NCBI GenBank assembly: GCA_045576375.1
Contig: JAZNGI010000025.1
Coordinates: 1 to 42,770 of the forward strand
Length of the DNA stretch: 42,770 nt
Direction of reading: 5' to 3'
From: Eubacteriales bacterium
Lineage (GTDB): Bacteria > Bacillota > Clostridia > Oscillospirales > SIG627
The number at the start of each line of letters is the position of its first letter. Position 1 is the first letter of the stretch. The notes under the pieces were generated by a model. The model saw only the letters and a list, made by a program, of their open reading frames with translations. It had not been told where the DNA came from and ran no database searches. The position numbers and the translations under genes were made by a program. Positions 33,092 through 42,770 of this stretch are shown here, one piece after another.

Positions 33092-35188
33092 ATGACAGAA
33101 ATTGCATTTTGCTTAGTAAAGCTCTATATAAAACAGTTCGCCTCCCTGAGCGACTTCACGCTGCAAGCCGAGCCCGATTTTTGCGAGATCCGCCTGAAGA
33201 GCGAGGAGAACGCAAGAGATCTTTGCGAATTCATTGCCCAATTCCTTTATTCCCCCTGCCCGCCCGACGGACAGATCGTGCTTTCCTCTCAAGGGGAAAC
33301 GTCCGTTTTGCATGTCACAGAGGGCCAAAGAAGCTACGAGGGAGAGGCGTTTTCCTTCGGGGAAGATCTTCCCGGCGTGGTTCTCACGGGGTTGGAGGAG
33401 CCGATCTTCCGTGAGCTTTTGATCAACGTGATCCACGAGGGAGTTCCCGCTCCCGTTTCCCCCGCCCTGCTGGATTTTTGCCTCCGCCCCTACGGTGCCC
33501 CCGGCAAGCTGATGAGCAACATCCGCAGTTTGGACGAAAAGAAGCGAAAATACACCACCCCCGAGGGCACGGGAAAGACCGATCTGGCTCTCAAGCGCCA
33601 CAAGGAGCTGACCGAGCAGATCGCCGTGGAAGAAGAACTGGAAGCGAAAAAAGCCCAGCTTCAGCGTGACTTGGAACTTTACCACAGCAAGCTGGACGAA
33701 AACGCCAACCGAAGCGTGATTCTCAAGGCAGATATGAAAAACTACGCCGACGACGTGAAGTTGGTGGAGAATCGGGAAAACGCCAGCTCTCTGAAAACCG
33801 AGATCCACGCCAAAGAGAAAAAACTGCGCATCCTGAAATACGAGGCTCAGCAGGAAGCGCCCATGCCTCAGCCCATGGAGCTTTACGACATTAAGCAGGC
33901 CTACGCCGAATTCAGCCGTGTGACCGCCCGCCTTTGCGACGCGCAAAACCGCTTGAATGCCGCCCAGGACAATTTGGATTTCCACGAAAAGGTGTTTGAA
34001 CACGCCGATTTTGACGCCAACGGCGTTCACAGAGAATATTCCAGGATCCACAGCTACCGCCGATGGAGACTCTCTTTTTTGGGGGCCAGCGCCTTCTTGT
34101 GCTTCACGGCGTTTCTGGTTTTCTTGCTCTACACCACCCTCACCGAAAGCTCCCTTTTGTTCTGCGGCTTTTTGGGCGCAAGCATTTTCCTTGGGGCGAT
34201 GATGTTCTTCGTGGCCTCCACCATGTTCTCCCACCAGACCCGCGTGATCCTGCAAAAGCTTCACATCAAAACAAAAAAGGAATTTGACGAGCTCTACCAA
34301 CGGCTGATCGCTCACCGAAAAACGGAGCGGGAGTGCAAGGAGCAGATCGAAAAATGCAAGAGACAATGCGAGCTTCTCACCCGTCTGAGCGAGGAGCAGA
34401 AAAATAAAATGAAGGAGCTTCTTTCCTACACGGGAAGACCCTTGAACACCACGGCGGAGATCACCCATCTGTGCGATCGGATCCTCTGCAACAGCGAGGC
34501 CATCAAGGAGTTGGAGGAGCAGTTGGAGGAGAGCAAGGAAGTCTACCAACGGATGCTCAGCGCCGACGTGACCAAGCCTACCCTCACCGTGAGCGATGAA
34601 TTCATTGCTCTGGAGCGGGAGCTGGACTTCATTCAGCGGCAGACCGCCGCCCTTCTCTCCAAAAAAACAAAAGCGGAAGAAGCCCTGAAAGCGCTGGAGG
34701 AAGAACAAAAGCGCGTGGAGGAGCTGAAAGCCGAGCTTCGTTTTACGGAGCAGGAGATCGAGCAATTATCGGGAGAATACAATTCCGTTTGCGCCTTGCA
34801 AAAGCCCCACTTGAAGGAAGCCGCCTCTCTGAAGGGAAAGCTGGAGGAGCTGTTCTGCGCCAACGCGGACAAGCTTCTCAGAAACATCCGAAAATCCGAG
34901 GAGCACTTTGCCCTTTCCGACCGCTTGCTGCCCATTATGGTGTGCCAGGGAGAGGTGACCGCCCAAGAGAATTCCGACAGCTACATTGCCCGGGCGGCAA
35001 TGCTGGTGTATAAGCTCTTGTTATCCATGGAATATCTCAAGCACCGCCCTATCTTCTTTTTCGACGGTTTCTCCTTTGCGGACCAGAAAACCGCGGGAGA
35101 GATCATCAAAAAGCTGGTGTCAAGCCGCGTGCAACTGATCTCCCTTTTGGGTCCCGATTCTCACTCTGTGAAGGACTATTACCAATGA
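33092..35188 (+). CDS. Membrane-anchored coiled-coil SMC/YhaN-like protein with degenerate ATPase motifs
   Basis: Start MTEIAF after a GAAGAGG SD (the track ATG 33056 lies at or before the predicted transcription start). The N-terminal head resembles the RecF/SbcC/YhaN head. Long coiled coils flank two adjacent TM helices (FLGASAFLCFTAFLVFLLY and LLFCGFLGASIFLGAMMFFVA). C-terminal PIFFFDGFSFAD is Walker B-like. Confidence 0.6.
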   Translation: MTEIAFCLVKLYIKQFASLSDFTLQAEPDFCEIRLKSEENARDLCEFIAQFLYSPCPPDGQIVLSSQGETSVLHVTEGQRSYEGEAFSFGEDLPGVVLTGLEEPIFRELLINVIHEGVPAPVSPALLDFCLRPYGAPGKLMSNIRSLDEKKRKYTTPEGTGKTDLALKRHKELTEQIAVEEELEAKKAQLQRDLELYHSKLDENANRSVILKADMKNYADDVKLVENRENASSLKTEIHAKEKKLRILKYEAQQEAPMPQPMELYDIKQAYAEFSRVTARLCDAQNRLNAAQDNLDFHEKVFEHADFDANGVHREYSRIHSYRRWRLSFLGASAFLCFTAFLVFLLYTTLTESSLLFCGFLGASIFLGAMMFFVASTMFSHQTRVILQKLHIKTKKEFDELYQRLIAHRKTERECKEQIEKCKRQCELLTRLSEEQKNKMKELLSYTGRPLNTTAEITHLCDRILCNSEAIKELEEQLEESKEVYQRMLSADVTKPTLTVSDEFIALERELDFIQRQTAALLSKKTKAEEALKALEEEQKRVEELKAELRFTEQEIEQLSGEYNSVCALQKPHLKEAASLKGKLEELFCANADKLLRNIRKSEEHFALSDRLLPIMVCQGEVTAQENSDSYIARAAMLVYKLLLSMEYLKHRPIFFFDGFSFADQKTAGEIIKKLVSSRVQLISLLGPDSHSVKDYYQ

Positions 35189-37200
35189 AAACCACTCCTC
35201 TCTCCTTGAGCGCGCCCATCGGCGCACTCAAGGGCATAGGCAAAACCAAAGAAGCTCTGCTGTTCCGTTTGGGCATCTCCACGGTCTCAGAGCTTTTGTG
35301 TTATTTCCCCCACGATTGGATCGACACCGCTCTTTCTTCCGTGGCAGACGCACGGGAGGACGGCGCCGTTCATTTGTTGCGGCTGGACGTGCTCACCCAC
35401 CCCTCATCCGCCTTCGTGAGAGGAGGAAAACGCCTGGTCTCCTTTGAAGCCGAAGACCAAACGGGAAAAGTGAGCGTTTGCTTTCTGAACCAGCCCTACG
35501 CCCAAGGCGCCTTTTCCAAGGGAGAAACGGTGCTTCTTTTGGGAAGGATCGGCGTTTTCAAAGACAAGAATTATCTTTTTTCCCCGCAAAAGCTGAAGAC
35601 GCTTCCCCAAAGCGCCTTTTTGCCGGTGTACCCAAAAACCAAGGGCTTGAGCGACAACGCCATTCGCTCCGCCGTGGCCCAGGTGTTGGAGCTTTGCTCC
35701 GAGCTTACCGACCCGCTCCCCCAAAAGCTTCTTGAAAAAAACGATCTCCTTTCTTTGGGAGAGACCGTGAAGATCCTTCACGCGCCCCCCTCCTCCCAAG
35801 CCCTGGCACGGGCAAGACAACGCCTTGTTTACGAGCAGATGCTGCGTTACGGCGTGCGGGCCGCCGCCTTTGAGAAGAGCCTTTCCCTCACGCAGACCGA
35901 GCCCTTTTTAAAGCTTGATTTGAAGGAGTTTTTCCCCCTCCTTCCCTTTGCTCCCACCGCCTGCCAACAAAGGGCCATGGAGCAGATCGCAAGGGATCTG
36001 AAAAGCGGCCGCCCCATGAACCGCCTGCTTCAGGGAGACGTGGGCAGCGGAAAAACCGTGATCGCCGCCGCCGCTTGCTTTCTTTGCGCCCAAAACGGCT
36101 ATAACAGTGCGGTGATGGCCCCCACGGAGATTTTGGCACGCCAGCACTTTGCCTTCTTTTCCAAGCTCTTTTCCTCTCTTCCCCTGCGGGTGGTGTTTCT
36201 TTCGGGAAGCAGCAGCGCCAAGGAACGCAGAGAGTTTAACCTCGCCTTTGAAGGATCTCTCCCCGTGATTGCCGTGGGCACCCACGCTCTGTTGGAGGAA
36301 AAGGCAAAGATGAGCCGCCTGGCTCTGGCCGTTACCGACGAGCAACAACGCTTCGGCGTGAATCAGCGGGGTCGGCTCATCCACCGCTGTGACCTCAAGC
36401 ATTCTCTGGTGATGACTGCCACTCCCATTCCCCGAAGCCTGGCCCTGTTTCTCTTTGATGAAAAGCGCATCTCGGTGCTGGACGAGCTCCCTCCGGGACG
36501 AAAGCCCGTGAGCACCTATCTCATCGGAGAGGACAAGCGGGAGCGGATGAACGGCTTTCTCGAGCGCAAGATCCAAGAGGGCGATCAGGCCTACGTGGTG
36601 TGCCCTCTCATTGAAGAAGGAGAAGATCCGGGAGAATTAAAAAGCGCCCGAGAGGTGTTTGATGAGCTTTCCTCCGCCCTGCCCCATCGCCGCTTCCTGC
36701 TTCTCCACGGAAGAATGAGCGCCGAAGAAAAAGAAAAAGCTATGGCAAGCTTTGAGCGGGGCGAAGCGGATGTTTTGGTGTCCACAACGGTGATCGAGGT
36801 GGGCGTGAACGTGCCCAGTGCCAATCTGATGATCGTTGAAAACGCCGAGCGTTTCGGACTGAGTCAGCTTCATCAGCTCCGAGGGCGGGTGGGGCGCGGC
36901 AATCGGGAGGCCCACTGCGTGCTGATGACCCCGAGAAGAGACCGGGAGAGTCTGAAGCGGCTGAAGCTTCTCACCTCCACCACCGACGGCTTTGCCATTG
37001 CCCGCTACGATCTGGAGCATCGGGGCCCCGGGGATTTTTTGGGCACCCGCCAAAGCGGAAAGCTCTCGGAGCTGTTCTCCGATGAGAACGCCGACGGGGT
37101 TTTGCAAAAGACCAAAGAGGACGCTCTGTGGCTCTTCAAAGCCTGCCCCGAGGAGGCAAAGGCGCTTCTGGGGGCAAGCCACGAAAGCTACTTCCATTGA
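35185..37200 (+). CDS. recG: ATP-dependent DNA helicase RecG
   Basis: 671 aa. Wedge domain plus SF2 helicase motifs (GDVGSGKT, DEQQRFG, MTATPIPR, TTVIEVGVNVP, QLRGRVGRG). ATGA overlap with the upstream gene. Confidence 0.95.
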   Translation: MKTTPLSLSAPIGALKGIGKTKEALLFRLGISTVSELLCYFPHDWIDTALSSVADAREDGAVHLLRLDVLTHPSSAFVRGGKRLVSFEAEDQTGKVSVCFLNQPYAQGAFSKGETVLLLGRIGVFKDKNYLFSPQKLKTLPQSAFLPVYPKTKGLSDNAIRSAVAQVLELCSELTDPLPQKLLEKNDLLSLGETVKILHAPPSSQALARARQRLVYEQMLRYGVRAAAFEKSLSLTQTEPFLKLDLKEFFPLLPFAPTACQQRAMEQIARDLKSGRPMNRLLQGDVGSGKTVIAAAACFLCAQNGYNSAVMAPTEILARQHFAFFSKLFSSLPLRVVFLSGSSSAKERREFNLAFEGSLPVIAVGTHALLEEKAKMSRLALAVTDEQQRFGVNQRGRLIHRCDLKHSLVMTATPIPRSLALFLFDEKRISVLDELPPGRKPVSTYLIGEDKRERMNGFLERKIQEGDQAYVVCPLIEEGEDPGELKSAREVFDELSSALPHRRFLLLHGRMSAEEKEKAMASFERGEADVLVSTTVIEVGVNVPSANLMIVENAERFGLSQLHQLRGRVGRGNREAHCVLMTPRRDRESLKRLKLLTSTTDGFAIARYDLEHRGPGDFLGTRQSGKLSELFSDENADGVLQKTKEDALWLFKACPEEAKALLGASHESYFH

Positions 37201-37226
37201 AAAAGGAAGTTTTTTCAAGAAACCTA

Positions 37227-37255
37227 TTGAAAAAAAACGCCTTTTGGGGTAAAAT
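37227..37255 (+). promoter_or_regulatory. SigA promoter of DUF1015-valS
   Basis: TTGAAA, 17 nt, TAAAAT. Confidence 0.65.
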
Positions 37256-37303
37256 AGTTTGGTGTATATTCAGAGAAGAAATCAATAGAAAAGGATGTTC
37301 ATT

Positions 37304-38575
37304 ATGGCTCAGATCAAACCCTTTCAGGCAACGAGATATCACAACGAGGGGGACACGCTTTCTTTGAAGCTTTGCCCTCCTTACGACATTATTTCCCTCG
37401 AGGAAAAGAAGGAGCTTCTGGCAAAGGATCCCCACAACTTCGTGCGGCTGGAGCTTCCCGAGGGAGAGGATCCCTATGCAACTGCCAACGGAGTCCTTTC
37501 CGATTGGATGGAAAAGGGCGTTCTTGCCCGGGATCCCAAGGAAGGCTTTTACATTTACGAGGAAGAGTTCACTGTGAAGGGCGAGCGTCTGAAGATCAAG
37601 GGCTTCGTTGCGGCGGTGAAGCTGGAAGAATTCTCCAAGGGGATCGTGCTTCCCCACGAAGAGACCCTGAGCAAAGCCAAGGAAGACCGCTTGAACATGA
37701 TGAAGGCCACGGGCTCTAACCTCAGCCTGATCTACTCCATGTTTTCCGATGACGGCAAAGTGAAGGCTCTCATCGATGCCAATTCCTGCGCCGCTCCTGC
37801 CAAGGAAGCCGCCACCGACGACGGCATCGTCCATCGCCTGTGGATCTGCGACAAAGAAGAGGATTGCCAAAAGCTCTCCGCTCTCTTTTCTGACAAGAAG
37901 CTCTACATTGCCGACGGCCATCACCGCTACGAGACGGCCATTAACTACAGAAACTACCTTCGGGAGCAGGGACTTGCCAACAAAGGGGACGAGGCAGACT
38001 ACGTGATGATGTTCCTCATTGACATGGCTCACGAGGGACTGGTGGTGTTCCCCACCCACCGCATGGTGAGAAACCTGGAGCACTTTGACGTGCAAGAGAT
38101 CTTGGAAAAGCTCTCCGCCGATTTTGAAGTGATCCCCCTGGCCTGCCCCCGCTGCATGGAAAAGGAAATGGCAAAGGCAAAGGAAGGGGAACGGATCATC
38201 GGCTTCTACCCGGGCAACAAAAAGTTCTACGCACTGAAGCTCAAAGACGAAAGCGCCACCGACCCCATTGCCAATCATTGCCAAGCCTATAAAGACCTGG
38301 ACGTGACGGCCCTGCACTACTTGATTTTGGAAAAATATTTTGCCATTGACAAGGCCAACATGGCCAATCAGAAGAACCTGGTGTATACCCGCAGCTTCGA
38401 CGAAGCGGTGGACAAAGTGGACGACGGCCAATTCCAATGCTCCTTCTTCCTCAACGCCACCAAGATCCACCAGATCTCCGACGTGGCCCTGGCAGGAGAC
38501 AAGATGCCTCAGAAATCCACCTACTTCTATCCCAAGCTCACCACGGGCCTGGTGATGAGAAAGATCATTGACTGA
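37304..38575 (+). CDS. DUF1015 family protein (function unknown)
   Basis: Start [43 protein letters not shown] are typical of DUF1015. Confidence 0.8.
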   Translation: MAQIKPFQATRYHNEGDTLSLKLCPPYDIISLEEKKELLAKDPHNFVRLELPEGEDPYATANGVLSDWMEKGVLARDPKEGFYIYEEEFTVKGERLKIKGFVAAVKLEEFSKGIVLPHEETLSKAKEDRLNMMKATGSNLSLIYSMFSDDGKVKALIDANSCAAPAKEAATDDGIVHRLWICDKEEDCQKLSALFSDKKLYIADGHHRYETAINYRNYLREQGLANKGDEADYVMMFLIDMAHEGLVVFPTHRMVRNLEHFDVQEILEKLSADFEVIPLACPRCMEKEMAKAKEGERIIGFYPGNKKFYALKLKDESATDPIANHCQAYKDLDVTALHYLILEKYFAIDKANMANQKNLVYTRSFDEAVDKVDDGQFQCSFFLNATKIHQISDVALAGDKMPQKSTYFYPKLTTGLVMRKIID

Positions 38576-38591
38576 CAAGGAAGGAACTACC

Positions 38592-41219
38592 ATGTCTACC
38601 CAACTCAACAAAACCTACGATCCCAAAAGCTTTGAGGACAGACTGTACCGCTCCTGGGAGGAACGGGGCTTTTTCAAGCCTTCGGAGGATCGCTCCAAGA
38701 AGCCCTTCTCCATCGTGATCCCCCCACCTAACGTGACGGGTCAGCTTCACATGGGCCACGCGCTGAACAACACCCTGCAGGACATTATCATCCGCACCAA
38801 GAGAATGCAGGGATATAACACCCTTTGGATCCCCGGCACCGACCACGCGGGCATTGCCACTCAGATCAAGGTGGAGGAAGAGCTGAAGAAAAAAGAGGGG
38901 CTCAGCCGCCACGACATCGGCCGAGAGGCCTTTTTGGACCGTGTGTGGAACTGGAAGGAGCTTTACGGCAACCGCATTGTGGAACAGCTTAAGAAGATCG
39001 GCTCCTCCTGCGATTGGTCCCGTCTTCGCTTCACCATGGACGACAACCTGTCCCGCGCGGTGAAGAAGACTTTCGTTTCTCTGTACAACAAAAAGCTCAT
39101 CTATCGCGGTTACCGCATCATCAACTGGTGTCCCAACTGTAACACCGCTCTCAGCGACACCGAGGTGGATCATATTGACACTCCCGGCGGCTTTTGGCAC
39201 ATCCGTTACCAAATCGAAGGCACCGAGGAGTATCTCACCGTTGCCACCACCCGTCCCGAGACCATGCTGGGCGACAGCGCCGTTGCCGTGCATCCCGAGG
39301 ACGAGCGCTACGCCGCCTTGGTGGGCAAAAACGTGATCCTTCCCCTGATGAACCGCCCCATCCCCGTGGTTGCCGATGAATACGTGGACAAGGAATTCGG
39401 CACGGGCTGTGTGAAGATCACCCCCTGCCACGACCCCAACGACTTTGAGGTTGCCCTGCGCCACGATCTGGAAATGATCGAGGTCATCGACGGCAACGCC
39501 AAGATCACCGCCAACGGCGGAAAATACGAGGGAATGGATCGCTTTGAGGCCAGAAAACAGATCGTGGAGGATCTGAAGGCCTGCGGCGCCCTGGTGAAGA
39601 TCGAGGACTATTCCCACAACGTGGCTCATTGCTACCGTTGCGGCACCCTGGTGGAGCCTTTGAGCAGCCGTCAGTGGTTTGTGAAGATGCCTCCTTTGGC
39701 AGAGCCTGCCATTGACGTGGTGAAAAAGGACAAGATCCGCTTCATCCCCGAGCGCTTTTCCAAAAACTATCTCAACTGGATGGAAAACATTCACGATTGG
39801 TGCATTTCCCGTCAGCTTTGGTGGGGCCACCGCATTCCCGCTTTCTACTGCGAGGATTGCGGCGAAATGACCGTCAGCGAAGACCTTGTGACCACCTGTC
39901 CCAAGTGCGGCAGCACCAAGATCACCCAAGACGAGGACGTGCTGGACACTTGGTTCAGCTCCGCTCTGTGGCCTTTCTCCACCCTGGGTTGGCCCGACAA
40001 AACGGAAGATCTCAAGTACTTCTATCCCACCGACGTTTTGGTCACTGCTTACGACATCATCACCTTCTGGGTGAGCAAGATGATCTTCTCGGGCATTGAG
40101 CAGATGCAAGAGATCCCCTTCCCCAAGGTGTTCATTCACGGTCTGGTGCGGGATGCCCAGGGAAGAAAGATGAGCAAATCCCTCGGCAACGGCATTGATC
40201 CTCTGGAGATCGTGGACAAATACGGCGCTGATGCTCTGCGCTTCACCCTTGCCAACGGCAACTCCCCCGGAAACGATATGCGCTTCTCCGACGAGAAGGT
40301 GGAGGCATCGAGAAACTTTGCCAATAAGATCTGGAATGCCGCCCGCTTTATCCTGATGAATCTGGAGATCGACAAGATCACCGAGCCCGACCCGTCCCGT
40401 CTTGCCCCCGAGGATAAGTGGATCGTTCATCAGATCAATCAGCTCACCAAGGACGTGACGGACAATATTGATAAATACGAGTTGGGCGTAGCCGTGGCCA
40501 AGCTCTACGACTTCATTTGGGACGTGTTCTGCGATTGGTACATTGAGCTGGTGAAGCCCCGCTTGATGGATAAGGGCAGCGAAAGCGGCAAAGTGGCTCA
40601 GAACACCCTGGCTTGGGTATTCACCAACGCCCTCAAGCTTCTCCATCCCTTTATGCCCTTCATCACCGAGGAGATCTGGCTGAGCCTCCCCCACGAAGGC
40701 GAGAGCATCATGGTATCCTCCTGGCCCCAGTTTAACGAAAAGTTTGTACTCAGCGAGGATAAGGAAGGAATGGATCGCATCATTGAGGTCATCAAGGGCA
40801 TTCGCGCCCGCCGCACCGAGATGAACGTGCCTCCCTCCAAGAAGACCAGTGTCATTATTATGACTCCTCACAAGAAGGACTTTGAAGTGGCAAGCGCCAT
40901 CTTCTGCCGCCTGGCAGGAGCGGAAAGCATCTCCCTCCCCGAGGATCACGATCCCGAGGGCTGTGCCGTGATCGCTACCGACAGTGCCGTGGTTCACATT
41001 CCCGTGGCAGAGATGATCGACCTGGAAAAGGAAAAAGCCCGCCTGGCCGGGGAAATGGAAAAGACCCAAAAGGAAATCCAGCGCGTGCAGGGCAAGCTGG
41101 CCAACGAAGAATTCGTGAAGAAGGCTCCCGAAAAGGTGGTCAATGCCGAGCGTGCCAAGCTGGAAGGCTATCAGCGCACCCTGGAAAACCTCACCGCCGC
41201 CATGGAAAAACTCAAGTAA
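38592..41219 (+). CDS. valS: Valine--tRNA ligase
   Basis: Start [19 protein letters not shown] after a [22 protein letters not shown] (HIGH) and KMSKSLGN (KMSKS) motifs, with a C-terminal coiled coil. Confidence 0.95.
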   Translation: MSTQLNKTYDPKSFEDRLYRSWEERGFFKPSEDRSKKPFSIVIPPPNVTGQLHMGHALNNTLQDIIIRTKRMQGYNTLWIPGTDHAGIATQIKVEEELKKKEGLSRHDIGREAFLDRVWNWKELYGNRIVEQLKKIGSSCDWSRLRFTMDDNLSRAVKKTFVSLYNKKLIYRGYRIINWCPNCNTALSDTEVDHIDTPGGFWHIRYQIEGTEEYLTVATTRPETMLGDSAVAVHPEDERYAALVGKNVILPLMNRPIPVVADEYVDKEFGTGCVKITPCHDPNDFEVALRHDLEMIEVIDGNAKITANGGKYEGMDRFEARKQIVEDLKACGALVKIEDYSHNVAHCYRCGTLVEPLSSRQWFVKMPPLAEPAIDVVKKDKIRFIPERFSKNYLNWMENIHDWCISRQLWWGHRIPAFYCEDCGEMTVSEDLVTTCPKCGSTKITQDEDVLDTWFSSALWPFSTLGWPDKTEDLKYFYPTDVLVTAYDIITFWVSKMIFSGIEQMQEIPFPKVFIHGLVRDAQGRKMSKSLGNGIDPLEIVDKYGADALRFTLANGNSPGNDMRFSDEKVEASRNFANKIWNAARFILMNLEIDKITEPDPSRLAPEDKWIVHQINQLTKDVTDNIDKYELGVAVAKLYDFIWDVFCDWYIELVKPRLMDKGSESGKVAQNTLAWVFTNALKLLHPFMPFITEEIWLSLPHEGESIMVSSWPQFNEKFVLSEDKEGMDRIIEVIKGIRARRTEMNVPPSKKTSVIIMTPHKKDFEVASAIFCRLAGAESISLPEDHDPEGCAVIATDSAVVHIPVAEMIDLEKEKARLAGEMEKTQKEIQRVQGKLANEEFVKKAPEKVVNAERAKLEGYQRTLENLTAAMEKLK

Positions 41220-41229
41220 ACCGTAAAAA

Positions 41230-41257
41230 GCAGAGCCAAAACGGCTCTGCTTTTCTT
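41230..41257 (+). terminator. Rho-independent terminator of valS
   Basis: GCAGAGCC-aaaac-GGCTCTGC followed by TTTTCTT. Confidence 0.8.
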
Positions 41258-41277
41258 CCCTCGCAAAGGAGAACGCT

Positions 41278-41829
41278 ATGAAAAAACCTGTGGAACTTCC
41301 CCGCCCCCATATCGGAATGCGAAAGATCAAAAGTCTGCTTGCCGTGTTTGTGGGCTTCTGGCTATGGCAAGGGATTCGTCTGTTCGTTCCCGGCTTGGAG
41401 GTCCATCCTCTTTATATTTACATCTACGGCATTCTGGAAATGCGAGACTCCTGGGAAAAAACCGTGGATTTCGGAACGATGCGTATCAAAGCGACCCTGA
41501 CTGCCCTTCTCATCGGACTCCCTTTGTTGCTGTTGAGCATTTGGCTCAAAAGTCTCACTCCGTTGCCCTGGGCGCAGACGGCGATGGAATTGGGCGTGAT
41601 CCTACTGGGAACGCTGTTGGTGCTTTGCATTGCCGAGCCGGTGGGATGCAAAAACCTCTGCGGTCTGGCGGCGGCGATCTTCATCATTCTTTTCGTGTCC
41701 CACGCCGAGGACGAGCCGGTGCTCTATTCTCTGCTCCGTGCGGTGCAAACCATTCTGGGTGTGGGCGTGGCCTGGCTGATCAACTCCCAAATATTCCCGT
41801 ACCCCAAAAAAGACAAAGAGAAAAAATAA
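41278..41829 (+). CDS. Small FUSC/ArAE-like integral membrane protein
   Basis: 183 aa. HIGMRKIKSLLAVFVGFWLW resembles the N-terminus of aromatic acid exporter/FUSC-like proteins. 4-5 TM segments. AGGAG SD. Confidence 0.5.
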   Translation: MKKPVELPRPHIGMRKIKSLLAVFVGFWLWQGIRLFVPGLEVHPLYIYIYGILEMRDSWEKTVDFGTMRIKATLTALLIGLPLLLLSIWLKSLTPLPWAQTAMELGVILLGTLLVLCIAEPVGCKNLCGLAAAIFIILFVSHAEDEPVLYSLLRAVQTILGVGVAWLINSQIFPYPKKDKEKK

Positions 41830-41832
41830 CAC

Positions 41833-41871
41833 AAAGAGAAAAGCCCTGCCGTGGGAATCCCACGGCGGGGC
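41833..41871 (-). terminator. Terminator of the minus-strand ABC transporter operon
   Basis: A ~14-bp stem GCCCUGCCGUGGGA/UCCCACGGCGGGGC (one G-U pair) followed on the minus strand by TTTTCTCTTT. Confidence 0.7.
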
Positions 41872-41881
41872 CGTTGTTATA

Positions 41882-42694
41882 TTATTGCAACACTTTGGAT
41901 AAAAACTCCTTGGCACGGGGCGTTTGGGGATTGGAAAAGAACTCTGCGGGGGGCGCCTGCTCGGCGATGACACCGTCATCCATAAAGAGAATGCGGGTGC
42001 CCACTTCCTTGGCAAAGCCCATTTCATGGGTGACAATGACCATAGTCATGCCTTCGTCGGCCAGTTGCTTGATGAGATCCAGCACCTCTCCCACCATTTC
42101 GGGATCCAGAGCGGAGGTGGGCTCGTCAAAGAGGATCACCTTGGGGTTCATTGCCAGGGCACGGACGATGGCGATTCTCTGCTTCTGACCGCCGGAAAGG
42201 GTGGAGGGATACACGTCGGCTTTTTCCTCCAGGCCGATGCGGGCAAGGAGGCTGCGGGCGGTTTCCTCCGCCTTGCGCTTCACTTCCTTAGGATCGCCCA
42301 CGGGGAGCAGGGGCTTCTTCTTTCCCAAAAGCCTGTTGAAGAAATTCTTTCTCTTGGCGGCGCGGATCTTTTTGCATCCCAAATACACAGGGGCCAGCAT
42401 GATGTTTTCCAGCACCGTCTTGTTGTTAAAGAGATTGAACTGTTGGAACACCATTCCGATCTTTTCCCGATGGAGGTTGATATCCACCTTCATATCGGCA
42501 AGATCCTCACCGTCGAAAATGATGTGACCGCCGTCGGGATCCTCCATACAGTTTAAACAGCGCAAAAAGGTGGATTTTCCGCTTCCCGAGGGGCCGATGA
42601 TCACCACTTTTTCTCCTGCATGGATGGTCTCGGTGATGCCTTTGAGAACCACGTTCTCGCCGTACACCTTTTTCAGATCAATGATTTCTATCAC
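41882..42694 (-). CDS. Polar amino acid ABC transporter ATP-binding protein (GlnQ/ArtP-like) with an internal basic insertion
   Basis: GPSGSGKST (Walker A), LSGGQKQR (signature), [11 protein letters not shown] (Walker B), VTHEMGFA (H-loop). I favour the GTG start at 42694 over the track TTG at 42703. Confidence 0.85.
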   Translation of the reverse strand: MIEIIDLKKVYGENVVLKGITETIHAGEKVVIIGPSGSGKSTFLRCLNCMEDPDGGHIIFDGEDLADMKVDINLHREKIGMVFQQFNLFNNKTVLENIMLAPVYLGCKKIRAAKRKNFFNRLLGKKKPLLPVGDPKEVKRKAEETARSLLARIGLEEKADVYPSTLSGGQKQRIAIVRALAMNPKVILFDEPTSALDPEMVGEVLDLIKQLADEGMTMVIVTHEMGFAKEVGTRILFMDDGVIAEQAPPAEFFSNPQTPRAKEFLSKVLQ

Positions 42695-42770
42695 TTTTTG
42701 CAAGACTCCTTTCCATGATTCGGATCAGCAGAGTGATCAACAGCACCAAAACGATGTAGATAATGGCCAT
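42678..42770 (-). CDS. Amino acid ABC transporter permease, C-terminal 30 aa (the 5' part lies outside the window)
   Basis: My reverse-strand translation from the window edge reads ...[29 protein letters not shown]. This is a hydrophobic C-terminal TM segment with a basic tail. It overlaps the ATPase start, as is usual in these operons. Confidence 0.55.
   Translation of the reverse strand: MAIIYIVLVLLITLLIRIMERSLAKSDRNH

Noticed and set aside
38565-41330. 921-aa minus-strand ORF opposite valS
   Set aside because: It is an antisense shadow of valS. valS carries HIGH and KMSKS motifs, while this ORF has none and is G/H/V/L-rich.
1-42770. Search for mobile elements, prophage, toxin-antitoxin or known defence systems
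   Set aside because: No integrase, transposase, recombinase, restriction-modification, Cas, abortive-infection or toxin-antitoxin-like ORF was recognisable on either strand. The window is dominated by housekeeping genes.

Overview
This is a chromosomal, mostly core-metabolic window from a moderately high-GC Firmicute. Codon usage looks Clostridia/Oscillospiraceae-like by eye, with GC-rich third positions and AT-rich intergenic regions carrying near-consensus SigA promoters. I support about 37 protein genes. I found no rRNA, tRNA, CRISPR array, transposase, integrase or recognisable defence gene.

Gene content, left to right:
- A split methionine synthase operon: metF, a MetH activation-domain protein, and metH, which runs off the left edge and is missing from the ORF track.
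- fba and alaA.
- An 11-gene minus-strand operon (6034-17784): fumC, hdrB, hdrC, hdrA, mvhD/flxD, three Flx-like redox subunits, a FrdB-like Fe-S protein, a FrdA-like flavoprotein and an AAE-family permease.
- A MATE exporter and dCMP deaminase.
- asnS plus an aminotransferase.
- A degenerate SecD/SecF-like pair and a PaaI thioesterase.
- A low-GC islet (about 25.5-27.0 kb) with an unexplained array of phased heptamers and hairpins, a promoter-sORF-terminator cassette and an orphan lipoprotein.
- An SDR and a DivIVA-domain gene, an AGCS alanine symporter, and asnA plus type III glutamine synthetase.
- A membrane-anchored coiled-coil SMC/YhaN-like protein with degenerate ATPase motifs, translationally coupled to recG.
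- DUF1015 plus valS, a FUSC-like membrane protein, and an amino-acid ABC transporter ATPase and permease (partial).

The best candidate for an undescribed system is the Flx-Hdr module fused to an anchor-less fumarate reductase. I read it as a putative soluble, electron-bifurcating NADH:fumarate oxidoreductase with its own fumarase and a putative succinate exporter.

Many long ORFs in the track are antisense shadows of real genes and were rejected. Small hand-indexed features may be off by 1-3 nt.
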